A stretch of DNA of 30,885 nt, from the IMG/VR virus record IMGVR_UViG_3300020519_000016, positions 1 through 30,885 of that record. The stretch is one strand, 5' to 3'. The translations under genes and the position numbers were made by a program. Of this stretch, positions 7,538-15,012 are shown piece after piece; the first letter of the stretch is position 1, and each line of letters starts with the position of its first letter. Under the pieces are notes generated by a model. It worked only from the letters and a program-made list of their open reading frames with translations, searched no databases and was not told the DNA's origin. The DNA comes from a virus. Its lineage: Duplodnaviria > Caudoviricetes.

Positions 7538-7780
7538 ATGGCACAATACGAGCAACGAGATAACAGCGGCAGTCTTTTTAAGAACAACCGCAAAGAAAAA
7601 GATAATCATCCTGATTACACTGGTAATTGCATGGTCAACGGTAAAGAGATGCGTATGTCAGCCTGGTTAAAAGAAGGCAAGTCTGGCAAGTTCTTTAGCT
7701 TTTCATTTAGTGAGCCGTATGTTAGTGAGCCAGTTCAAGCTAACAAACCTGAAGACATTGAAAGTGACATTCCATTTTAA
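7538..7780 (+). CDS. single-stranded DNA-binding protein-like (DUF736-type)
   Basis: [18 protein letters not shown]...SAWLK motif, acidic SSB-type tail ESDIPF, located next to erf. Confidence 0.8.
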   Translation: MAQYEQRDNSGSLFKNNRKEKDNHPDYTGNCMVNGKEMRMSAWLKEGKSGKFFSFSFSEPYVSEPVQANKPEDIESDIPF

Positions 7781-7783
7781 GAA

Positions 7784-7799
7784 AAGGGCGAAAGCCCTT
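7784..7799. terminator. GNRA hairpin (mRNA-stabilising element or minus-strand terminator)
   Basis: AAGGGC-GAAA-GCCCTT; short T-tract only on the minus strand. Confidence 0.5.
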
Positions 7800-7811
7800 A
7801 TAGGAGGCAAT

Positions 7812-7997
7812 ATGTTAAATATCTTACCGTATTATCCATCAGTAGGCATGATTAATGATTTAAGACTACTTTCACCACCTCCAGAAGGGGTCGTAGAGGC
7901 TCGTAGAGAGGCCGTAGAGCGATTAAAAATAGAACTTGATACAAAGTATCGTCTACATCCACAAAACTTCGTTAAACGGGCTAAAACAACATTATGA
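7812..7997 (+). CDS. hypothetical protein
   Basis: Start refined to ATG 7812 (AGGAGG RBS). Confidence 0.7.
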   Translation: MLNILPYYPSVGMINDLRLLSPPPEGVVEARREAVERLKIELDTKYRLHPQNFVKRAKTTL

Positions 7998-8215
7998 AAA
8001 TACAATTAGACTTTACCGACCACGATAATTTGCTACTAGATATTCGTGAAGCTTTGTTTATAACTTTGCTTAAAGCTGAATTAATGGACAGCGAGATGAG
8101 TTTAGAAAGGTCTTACCATAAAGATGACAAAGCTATGTTTAAGGCAAACATCAAAGCTTGTAAAGTTTTGTTGACTTACTACACAGCGGAGGTAGACCCT
8201 GAATGGAAAAGCTAG
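7994..8215 (+). CDS. hypothetical protein
   Basis: 73-aa ORF, ATGA-coupled. Confidence 0.7.
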   Translation: MKIQLDFTDHDNLLLDIREALFITLLKAELMDSEMSLERSYHKDDKAMFKANIKACKVLLTYYTAEVDPEWKS

Positions 8216-8373
8216 ACGATAAGAATGTAGAAAGTTTTGGCGAAACTGTGCGTAGAATAGTCTTGAGTGTGCCTAATACGACAAACAGTAACTTAGGCCA
8301 GTTGATTGAGAATATCTACCTACGGTTTCAAGGGGAAGCGGAACGAGATGCTAGGGAGGCTAGGAACAAATGA
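8203..8373 (+). CDS. hypothetical protein (56 aa)
   Basis: Not in track: MEKLDDKNVESFGETVRRIVLSV...REARNK; GGAGG RBS; ATGA overlap with 8370. Confidence 0.65.
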   Translation: MEKLDDKNVESFGETVRRIVLSVPNTTNSNLGQLIENIYLRFQGEAERDAREARNK

Positions 8374-8588
8374 TTATTAATGTAAAACACATAAAAGAAA
8401 ACGATGATGGCAGTGCTATTTGTGAAATAGACATGGATGACGATGCTAAACGATGGTTAATTGAGCGAGGCTTTATTGCCGTGCTAACAGAGGCATTAAA
8501 GAAAGACCCAGCTTGGTGGACTGAAGAGGACGAGAAACGCATGGATATTATTGGGCAGAACGGCCCGTCAGGAATAGGGTATGAGTGA
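8370..8588 (+). CDS. hypothetical protein
   Basis: 72-aa ORF with GGAGG RBS; IKENDDGSAICEI motif common in small phage proteins. Confidence 0.7.
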   Translation: MIINVKHIKENDDGSAICEIDMDDDAKRWLIERGFIAVLTEALKKDPAWWTEEDEKRMDIIGQNGPSGIGYE

Positions 8589-8850
8589 TGGTATGTCAGA
8601 GCAAGCATGGGAAGAGTCTATGGAGCAAGTGGACGCTTTAATGAAACAAGTGGGTGGCAATCACTACGCTAGTATGGCCATACAGCCAGTAGAGTTTATA
8701 GTGGCTAACAACCTAACTTTTCTTGAGGGGAATGTGGTTAAGTATATATCCAGGCATCATGCTAAGAATGGTGCTGACGATGTTAGAAAGGCTATTCACT
8801 ACTGTGAATTAATCTTACGGACGGTATACGATGTTACAAACGATAATTGA
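8581..8850 (+). CDS. DUF3310 / SaV-like (T7 gp1.7 nucleotide kinase-like) protein
   Basis: QVGGNHY...IQPVEFI...FLEGNVVKYISR...KNG.DD.RKAIHY. Confidence 0.85.
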   Translation: MSDGMSEQAWEESMEQVDALMKQVGGNHYASMAIQPVEFIVANNLTFLEGNVVKYISRHHAKNGADDVRKAIHYCELILRTVYDVTNDN

Positions 8851-8932
8851 GTATGTGCTGTGCTATTCAACAGCTTTTGGGCTGGGTCTAGCTTGTGGTT
8901 TGTTTATTGCTTATAAAACAAGTAAGGCGTAG
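8831..8932 (+). CDS. small membrane peptide (33 aa), last gene of the early operon
   Basis: Not in track: MLQTIIEYVLCYSTAFGLGLACGLFIAYKTSKA; weak RBS. Confidence 0.45.
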   Translation: MLQTIIEYVLCYSTAFGLGLACGLFIAYKTSKA

Positions 8933-9012
8933 ATTTGGTAGTTGTTACATGTAACGCAGAAAGCCGAAAAACTCGTTACTTACTACATCCTCTAATGTCG
9001 GCTTAACCGCCT
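8925..9012. ncRNA. putative pseudoknotted structured RNA of unknown family
   Basis: Nested pairings 8925-29/9008-12, 8930-33/8991-94, 8938-42/8982-86, 8951-56/8974-79, plus a 7-bp loop pseudoknot AAGCCGA 8961-67 / TCGGCTT 8998-9004. Confidence 0.55.
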
Positions 9013-9037
9013 ATATATCACTTTTTTGCGTTTAATT
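9013..9037 (-). repeat. 25-bp inverted repeat, copy 2 (partner at 2834-2858)
   Basis: Begins within the pqqA stop codon; 22/25 match to copy 1. Confidence 0.8.
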
Positions 9038-9107
9038 ATTTATTCATAACATACATAGTAACTTCAAAGCCAAAACGCATTTCTGTAGCTGCTGGAGTTG
9101 TCCACAT
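9036..9107 (-). CDS. pqqA: pyrroloquinoline quinone precursor peptide PqqA (auxiliary metabolic gene)
   Basis: Not in track. ATG 9107 to TAA 9036 gives MWTTPAATEMRFGFEVTMYVMNK: the MW..P...R.G.E-x-x-x-Y PqqA signature with the Glu and Tyr that form PQQ; AGGAG RBS upstream. Confidence 0.97.
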   Translation of the reverse strand: MWTTPAATEMRFGFEVTMYVMNK

Positions 9108-9156
9108 AATGTATCTCCTAATTTACAAAGCATACGAAATGTATACTGTAAGATAC

Positions 9157-9222
9157 ATAGTAACAGAATTAGGCTTTTTGCACATCGGTAGGACTATTAA
9201 TGCGGTCTAGTGAAAATACTGA
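9157..9222 (-). promoter_or_regulatory. putative pqqA promoter with two palindromic activator-like sites
   Basis: Extended -10 TGnTACTAT (9157-9165), no good -35, imperfect palindromes at 9183-9202 and 9207-9222 (centres 22 bp apart). Confidence 0.5.
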
Positions 9223-10230
9223 TTAACGAACAATTAATGATTGAAATGGGACATCTAACCCATATACATCTTTACCTTCATCATAGGGAAAAAACTGTAA
9301 CCTTTGTTCTGGAGTTAAATTTCTCCTAAGTTGAGTTAGCCTAGCTTCAGCTTCACCAGCTATTCGTCTATAAGCATTTTGTTGAGCCATAGGTAGCATT
9401 TCCATAGCTTGTTCAGTTGATGCTATTTCTCCGCTTGCTACATCTCTACGCAACATATCTAAAGCAGTTTGACGCATATCTGCAGGGCTTCCACCTCTAG
9501 CAAAACCTTCTATATCTTGTATTCCATGTTGCACTTCATGCAAAGCAGATGATTTTTGATGACCAGTTGAAGGGCCGCCAATAGTTATTGTTCGTGTAGC
9601 ATCGTGATAAGAGCCTTCAGGAAGCGGAGAGGCGTATGCAGTAGTAGAAATATCTTTTATCTCTGGGTATGCTTTATAAAGCTCTTCATGTTGCAATGCT
9701 TTATTTAAATCTCCAGTAAAATTTTTATTCTTTTTAATGCCTTCGTATACATTGTCAGTAATTGTTGCGCCAACATCAGAAATTTCTTGCCTTAATTTTC
9801 CATCAGCACCACGAACAGTTCCAGTTTGCGACCAAATCTTTTGTGGTGTTAATCCAGCTTTTTCAAGTTCAACAGCTTGTTTTGCTTTTGCTGCGTTCCA
9901 TGATGGGGAAGTTCTGCCAATAAACATTCCAAGAGAACCAGATTGAACAGGCTTTACAGCCGTTGAACCAAATCCACCGCCCATCATATTTAAACCAAAG
10001 TTTAGCGCCTCTTGCACACCTTGAGGAGAATCAACATCAATTTCGCCTTTCATAGCCCTGTATGGAGCTGTTAAAGCATCTATTAAACCTTGAGCTACAG
10101 TAGGCATGCCAAAAGAAACTTCTTTTGTTTTAATGTCTTTCTTAAAAGGCAACAAATTACCTCTTATGTATTGAGGCTCGCTTGATGATGTGCGTAAAGC
10201 TTTTGCCAAGGCTTGATTTTTATCTGCCAT
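9223..10230 (-). CDS. LPD23-like (large polyvalent protein-associated) domain protein with zincin HExxH motif
   Basis: LEKAG....IWSQTG..RGADGK.RQEISD...H.ELYKAYPE, LHEVQHGIQDIEGFARGG and Y.R.AGEAEAR motifs. Confidence 0.7.
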   Translation of the reverse strand: MADKNQALAKALRTSSSEPQYIRGNLLPFKKDIKTKEVSFGMPTVAQGLIDALTAPYRAMKGEIDVDSPQGVQEALNFGLNMMGGGFGSTAVKPVQSGSLGMFIGRTSPSWNAAKAKQAVELEKAGLTPQKIWSQTGTVRGADGKLRQEISDVGATITDNVYEGIKKNKNFTGDLNKALQHEELYKAYPEIKDISTTAYASPLPEGSYHDATRTITIGGPSTGHQKSSALHEVQHGIQDIEGFARGGSPADMRQTALDMLRRDVASGEIASTEQAMEMLPMAQQNAYRRIAGEAEARLTQLRRNLTPEQRLQFFPYDEGKDVYGLDVPFQSLIVR

Positions 10231-10433
10231 TATCGTCTTTCCAATTCAAGTATATATTTACCAAGCTTTGCTGTGTCCTCTTTGCTTAGACACATACCGC
10301 CATCAACCTTTTGGATGTTGAGGGTCGGTTTGAGGGGATACGGCTTTGGCATGGTAGTCGTGCAAGCTATCAAAGTGCTGCTCAAACCAATCAGCAGGAG
10401 CTGCCTCAATTTGCTCACTCTCTTGTTGCACAT
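10230..10433 (-). CDS. o-spanin (Rz1-like lipoprotein)
   Basis: Signal peptide with lipobox LIA-C followed by a Pro-rich segment; overlaps the upstream ORF in another frame, in the lysis cassette. Start uncertain. Confidence 0.7.
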   Translation of the reverse strand: MCNKRVSKLRQLLLIGLSSTLIACTTTMPKPYPLKPTLNIQKVDGGMCLSKEDTAKLGKYILELERR

Positions 10434-10509
10434 CTTTCTGCTCCCTTTTAGCTGCCCACTCTTGGTATAGAGCAAGCAGCCTATCTATGATTGCTAATAG
10501 GTATTTCAT
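10303..10509 (-). CDS. i-spanin-like (Rz-like) protein
   Basis: Position after the holin, hydrophobic N-terminus plus coiled segment, overlapped by a lipoprotein gene. Confidence 0.55.
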   Translation of the reverse strand: MKYLLAIIDRLLALYQEWAAKREQKDVQQESEQIEAAPADWFEQHFDSLHDYHAKAVSPQTDPQHPKG

Positions 10510-10673
10510 TTGTCTGCTGTAAACACGCCTAAAGCGCCTATAACGCTTAAACCGAGTGCGACAATAGCTTCACCTTGCTCTGGTGATAAAGTCAAGCCTA
10601 CGGCTGTTAAAAGGGCTACTAGGCCCCTCCATGTAGATGATTCTTTGCCACGAGCTAATAAAAATGCTTTCAT
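10506..10673 (-). CDS. holin-like protein (55 aa, two TM helices)
   Basis: Not in track: MKAFLLARGKESSTWRGLVALLTAVGLTLSPEQGEAIVALGLSVIGALGVFTADK; AAGGAG RBS; directly after the endolysin. Confidence 0.8.
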   Translation of the reverse strand: MKAFLLARGKESSTWRGLVALLTAVGLTLSPEQGEAIVALGLSVIGALGVFTADK

Positions 10674-10675
10674 AA

Positions 10676-11113
10676 TTACTCCTTAAAAGGTTTGTAAGAT
10701 GGTTTACCGTTTATAAAGGTTGCCGTTAAGAATTGCTGACGCATTTTAGGGTCAAACGATACATGAACCCAAACGCCTTCTTCAATTACTTGGTCTACTT
10801 TAATGCCAGACTTAAATAAAGCTTTTACTACATCAATAGGCTTGCCAAATCCAGCGCAAGTAAAGTCAGCAGCTAGACCGTCCATGTGAGCAGAGTTGAC
10901 AGAGCCGCCTATCTTGCGATTAAGCTCCATGCAACGAAAGGCAGAGCTAATCCGTAATGGATGGCCTAAGAATGTGCGTATTTTCTCAAGGTTGTCAGCT
11001 AGTGTTTTTAGGTTGTTTTTAACTGCTTGGGATGGGTTATTGTTAATGCCACTACGAACTGCTGTTTGTGAGAAGGTTAGCTCCTCAAGCGTAAAATGCT
11101 CGCTCAACTTCAT
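10676..11113 (-). CDS. endolysin, peptidase M15A family
   Basis: LSEHFTLEEL, SAFRC..LN..IGG...SAH..G.AAD, WVHVSF zinc ligands. Confidence 0.92.
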   Translation of the reverse strand: MKLSEHFTLEELTFSQTAVRSGINNNPSQAVKNNLKTLADNLEKIRTFLGHPLRISSAFRCMELNRKIGGSVNSAHMDGLAADFTCAGFGKPIDVVKALFKSGIKVDQVIEEGVWVHVSFDPKMRQQFLTATFINGKPSYKPFKE

Positions 11114-11472
11114 TTAAGGTTTTCCAACTTGTAGATTAGGCTTAAAAACTCACCGATTACCTCGTCCACGATATTCTGTAATGCAGAGTCATCTTTAGGT
11201 ATGCACTTGTAACGATTTTTCTCAATGTAAGCTAGTTTCTCAGCTATGCAGTAGATAGGCTCTTTATACTTTTCTTCCTCAGTCAGTATGGGTATCTCTT
11301 TAATGATTCCATGACGGCCTTGATAGGCTTCTGTTAGCTTGTCTGCTAACTCTGCTATGTCTTCATAAAAATGACCTAATGCTTTGTGTTGAGAATAACT
11401 TTTAGTGCGTAGATGTTCTCTGTGCGCTACATCCCTAGCTAAAAACAATGTTGCTATAAATTCACCAATCAT
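11110..11472 (-). CDS. ferritin/Dps-like four-helix-bundle protein (DUF5856-like)
   Basis: AH..HL.T.SY..HKAL..FYE.I.ELAD...EAYQG and LQNIVDE......YKL motifs. Confidence 0.75.
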   Translation of the reverse strand: MIGEFIATLFLARDVAHREHLRTKSYSQHKALGHFYEDIAELADKLTEAYQGRHGIIKEIPILTEEEKYKEPIYCIAEKLAYIEKNRYKCIPKDDSALQNIVDEVIGEFLSLIYKLENLK

Positions 11473-11609
11473 ATTTCATCCTCAATATCAATAATTCCAA
11501 TTAAATCTTCATCGTAAACATTACACTCATGGCAAACATGAAAATCTATGTCAGCATCGTCTATCTCATAAGGCTCACCGCAACACTCACATAGCTTAAT
11601 CTGTTTCAT
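11469..11609 (-). CDS. small acidic zinc-ribbon protein (46 aa)
   Basis: Not in track: MKQIKLCECCGEPYEIDDADIDFHVCHECNVYDEDLIGIIDIEDEI; CxxC...CxxC; ATGA overlap with the next gene. Confidence 0.7.
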   Translation of the reverse strand: MKQIKLCECCGEPYEIDDADIDFHVCHECNVYDEDLIGIIDIEDEI

Positions 11610-11620
11610 ATTTTACCTAC

Positions 11621-11640
11621 AAAAAAAGCCCCAAAGGGCT
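11621..11640 (-). terminator. Rho-independent terminator
   Basis: AGCCC-TTTG-GGGCT followed by a T run on the minus strand, directly after the phosphoesterase stop. Confidence 0.8.
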
Positions 11641-12418
11641 AGGCATACTTACTCTTAAGATATTTAAGTGTTAGTGGCAATTCGTCAAAACGGCCATCCT
11701 CTACATCATATAGCATGTAGCACCCACGAAAGTGATTGTTGCCTTGAGCGCCTAAGTAATCCTCATTATGCTCGTAGCAAGACCCACAGATAATGGCTGT
11801 CATCTCTTGGCCGTTAGCCTTCATAGCGTAAGAAATTTGCCTACCTTGTTGATGACCAGCAAAACAACTCATGTGCTTTTTAGATAGTAATGCTGCACTA
11901 GAGCCAATAGGTCTGCCCATAGCACCCGATGTAAAGTAGTGAGCGTAGGCTATACCGTCAATCACTATTACCTCTAAAAATGGGATAACTTCCCAATCTT
12001 GATAAGGCAGGTCATCAATAGAGATAAGGCCGTCTAGCTTCCTATCCTCGTTGATAGCACGATTAATACGGTCTTCATGGTTGCCTAAAGTCAGCACCAT
12101 ACGAGGTTTGTATTGTTTGTGTTTAAAACTTTTAGCTTGTTTGTTGTAGTCATATATAGGCTGTAGAAGGGCATCCATAGCCTCTCTAGCAGCCCAAATA
12201 TCTTTTTGGTAGCTACGACCTTCAAATGACTTTTTACCCACATCATAAGAAGAAAGGGACTCCATATCAGCGAAGTCCCCTATACATATAATTACATCAG
12301 GCTTTTTGTCTACAAGGTATTTACCTATGCAGGTTAGGAATGTAAAGTCATTTCCATCTTTAGCCTGAACATCAGGCAACACGAAGTGTGTCTTAGTGGG
12401 TTTTGTCAGGAAGCTCAT
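11639..12418 (-). CDS. calcineurin-like metallophosphoesterase
   Basis: PDVQ, IGDFAD, LGNHE, YAH, GHQQ motifs. Start probably ATG 12418 (track gives 12439). Confidence 0.88.
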   Translation of the reverse strand: MSFLTKPTKTHFVLPDVQAKDGNDFTFLTCIGKYLVDKKPDVIICIGDFADMESLSSYDVGKKSFEGRSYQKDIWAAREAMDALLQPIYDYNKQAKSFKHKQYKPRMVLTLGNHEDRINRAINEDRKLDGLISIDDLPYQDWEVIPFLEVIVIDGIAYAHYFTSGAMGRPIGSSAALLSKKHMSCFAGHQQGRQISYAMKANGQEMTAIICGSCYEHNEDYLGAQGNNHFRGCYMLYDVEDGRFDELPLTLKYLKSKYA

Positions 12419-12569
12419 AATATAGTTGTAAGTCCTCATCAGAGAAAAGCACTACGCAAGTGCCATCCTCTGTATACATTACAAACTCATCGTTGTCAAT
12501 ACCCACTTCTTCAATTCTTTGACCTACCAACTTGTCAAATAATGCCTCTAATTTTTGTTGTTGGTTCAT
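12393..12569 (-). CDS. hypothetical acidic protein (58 aa)
   Basis: Not in track: MNQQQKLEALFDKLVGQRIEEVGIDNDEFVMYTEDG...PDKTH; ATGA-coupled to the upstream gene. Confidence 0.7.
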   Translation of the reverse strand: MNQQQKLEALFDKLVGQRIEEVGIDNDEFVMYTEDGTCVVLFSDEDLQLYYELPDKTH

Positions 12570-12802
12570 TTGTCAGCTTTGTGGTCAAGCTTCTCAAATA
12601 TACGGTTAAGAACGGCCTCTAAACGGTCTAGCCTAGCCTCTAGGTCTTCCTTACGAACATAAAATGTAGGTAGGTCAACCTCAATGGCTTTTACATCACG
12701 CTTAAGGTCTTGAACGGCATCCCATAACTGTCTAGCAAACCAGCCTAAAACAGAAAGAACTGTACCGCCTACAATGTTGATTAAGTTTTGAGTTTCCATC
12801 AT
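12566..12802 (-). CDS. membrane protein with coiled coil (holin/antiholin-like)
   Basis: One N-terminal TM helix, then LPTFYVRKEDL...IFEKLDHKADK; typical of the gene following a tail fibre. Confidence 0.7.
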   Translation of the reverse strand: MMETQNLINIVGGTVLSVLGWFARQLWDAVQDLKRDVKAIEVDLPTFYVRKEDLEARLDRLEAVLNRIFEKLDHKADK

Positions 12803-12807
12803 AACCT

Positions 12808-13500
12808 CTACAATACTACCCAGCGTGAACCGCCAGGAACGGTTACAGTTACGCCTGAATTGATAGTTATAGGCCCAGTAGTCATTGCATTTTTGGTTGC
12901 AGGTATTGAGTAGCTTGTTGTTACTACTTGGTCGTTCTCAATAAACACTTCATCTGAACCACCACCAGTAGCACCACCACCACCACCTATTCCTACTAAC
13001 TGGAATTGCGTGCCATCGTAAACCACTTGCACAATAGCGTTTAATGTAATGTCACCAGCAACTAAGCTAATTGCACCATTCTTAGTAATGTTTTTAGCGC
13101 CAATAGCGTTGATGTTAATTGTCACAGCGCCTGTGTTAGTTCCTGACGCAATAAACCTAAACACTTGACCAGCAGCATAAGCCGTCATACCTAAAGCAGC
13201 TGTAGCAACGATAGTATCTGTGCCACTAATGCCTGTTAAGTATTGAAATACAGAATCCTGTATCTGACCTGCTGAAGCTGACTGAGTTCGCAGCGTAGCA
13301 GAGCCTACACCTGACAACACATACCCACCCATAGGCAAGTTAGCCGTTGGTGTAGTTTGACCGTCTGATGTAAGCGATGCTGTAAGAGCTGACGCAATAT
13401 CATTTAATGTATTATTAGCCCAAGTTGAGGAAATTGTAGTTCCCGTAATAACAGGATTACCTACTGGTAAAGAATATACCCCACTGCCGTTTCTTGCCAT
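12808..13500 (-). CDS. short tail fibre / fibre adaptor
   Basis: MARNGSG.Y..P.GNPV.TGTTISSTWAN tail-anchor-type N-terminus, Gly hinge, C-terminal ...VTVTVPGGSRWVVL domain. Confidence 0.8.
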   Translation of the reverse strand: MARNGSGVYSLPVGNPVITGTTISSTWANNTLNDIASALTASLTSDGQTTPTANLPMGGYVLSGVGSATLRTQSASAGQIQDSVFQYLTGISGTDTIVATAALGMTAYAAGQVFRFIASGTNTGAVTININAIGAKNITKNGAISLVAGDITLNAIVQVVYDGTQFQLVGIGGGGGATGGGSDEVFIENDQVVTTSYSIPATKNAMTTGPITINSGVTVTVPGGSRWVVL

Positions 13501-15011
13501 TATTTTTCCCCTTGGTTTGCATTTTGCATTAACAATTTACCTATTTTACGAGCTTTCTTTGTTTGTGCAGGGTTGTTAAGCGTTTCATTTCTGTTCAATA
13601 TATCTGAGTCTGTGTTTAACTGATTATATGAAGTTAAAGCAGAAGCCATGGGAACTCCAACAAGACCTTTGTTTGTAGCTTGAGGTATCTTTCCTACCGC
13701 TTTGCCTGTTTGATACATCATACGAGCAATTAAGGCTTTAAAAGCATCACTTCTATCTGCCATCATTGCAGCAAATTGAGCAGGATTTCCTGCCAACCCA
13801 GCAATACCAGCAGGATTGTTTTTTAACGCAGTATAAGCCCTAGATTCAGCTACATCTAATGCGTTGATTAAATCTCCCTCTTTAGCATTTAATGCAGCTA
13901 CACTTGGCTCCGCACTAGCTACACCTTCTTTAAGTCCTTTAGCCCCAGCTCTTAATGCCTCTTTAGTAGAGCCGCCGATTTCATTAAAGTTTTTAGTGCC
14001 GATTGATTTGTATGTACCTTGTTTTAATTTTTGCGCCAATTGAACTGGTATATCTTTACCTTTAACTAGTGGATGTGCAATAAATTGGTCTTTTACAGCT
14101 TGAACAGCAGCCATGTCAGCATCTGGAGCTAAAGAGTATTTAGCTTTTTCCATTAAGTCATCTAAATACCCAATAACCGCATCTTTGCTAATAGTTTTTG
14201 TTGAGTTTTGAATAATGCCTGATATTTCATCATTTAGAGCGCCAATTTTTGATTCTAATGTATCTAATCCTCGACCAAGCCATGTTCTGCCTAAAGTCGG
14301 GTTAACACCTTCTTCTAGCAATGTTTGAACAGCTCTTTGACCTTCTCCAGATTGCAATTCTTTTTTGCCAGGCTTAATTGCAGACATCATTAACCTATTA
14401 GCGCCAGCCTTTAATGGTTTTTCTAACAGTTGTGGAGCGTTAACCGCACCTCCTGTTAAAGTACCAATAGTAGCGTTTTCTAATCTGCTTTCATTACCTA
14501 AAGTTGGCTGTAATGCGCTTAATGTACCACTAGCAAGCATACTGCCAACTCTTGTATTAACGCCAGGAACTAATGCAGCAGCTAAACCTGTGCCTACATT
14601 ACCTGCAATTGCACCAACTGGAGCTTCTTCAGCAATAATCCTGTTTTTCTTAATTTGAGATGTATCGTATTGTTGCCTAGGTTGCGCTTGATAATTCTCA
14701 ACAGGGTACAATGATGTTTCGCCAGTTTTAGGATTCACATATTGCTGTGGATTCATTAACTCTTGTGCAAGCTGCTTTCCACCTTCAAGCAAATTAGATG
14801 GGGCAGTCATTACGCCTTTTAAGTTACGGCTTAACCATGACTCGTTTTGCAAATCAGACCGCAAAGCATCGTTCTTTTGCTTTTGTGCATTTAATTCAAC
14901 ATAGTCCAATATGCTTTGTTGTGAGCTGCCTTCAGGAGCAGTCACCATAAAGCTTTGCCCACTAGGGGATGTAACTTTATATTGCATTAATTTTTGTGTT
15001 GGTTGAGCCAT
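13500..15011 (-). CDS. internal virion / DNA ejection protein
   Basis: 503 aa, Ala/Gly-rich with hydrophobic segments; last gene of the podovirus ejection cluster. Confidence 0.65.
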   Translation of the reverse strand: MAQPTQKLMQYKVTSPSGQSFMVTAPEGSSQQSILDYVELNAQKQKNDALRSDLQNESWLSRNLKGVMTAPSNLLEGGKQLAQELMNPQQYVNPKTGETSLYPVENYQAQPRQQYDTSQIKKNRIIAEEAPVGAIAGNVGTGLAAALVPGVNTRVGSMLASGTLSALQPTLGNESRLENATIGTLTGGAVNAPQLLEKPLKAGANRLMMSAIKPGKKELQSGEGQRAVQTLLEEGVNPTLGRTWLGRGLDTLESKIGALNDEISGIIQNSTKTISKDAVIGYLDDLMEKAKYSLAPDADMAAVQAVKDQFIAHPLVKGKDIPVQLAQKLKQGTYKSIGTKNFNEIGGSTKEALRAGAKGLKEGVASAEPSVAALNAKEGDLINALDVAESRAYTALKNNPAGIAGLAGNPAQFAAMMADRSDAFKALIARMMYQTGKAVGKIPQATNKGLVGVPMASALTSYNQLNTDSDILNRNETLNNPAQTKKARKIGKLLMQNANQGEK

Positions 15012-15012
15012 T

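Noticed and set aside
8925-9012. Known self-cleaving ribozyme (hammerhead, twister, pistol)
   Set aside because: The conserved cores (e.g. CUGANGA/GAAA) could not be placed on either strand by eye; left as an unclassified structure.
9036-10230. Complete pqq operon or host chromosomal fragment
   Set aside because: The neighbours are phage genes; there is no PqqB, C, D or radical-SAM PqqE (no CxxxCxxC) in the window.
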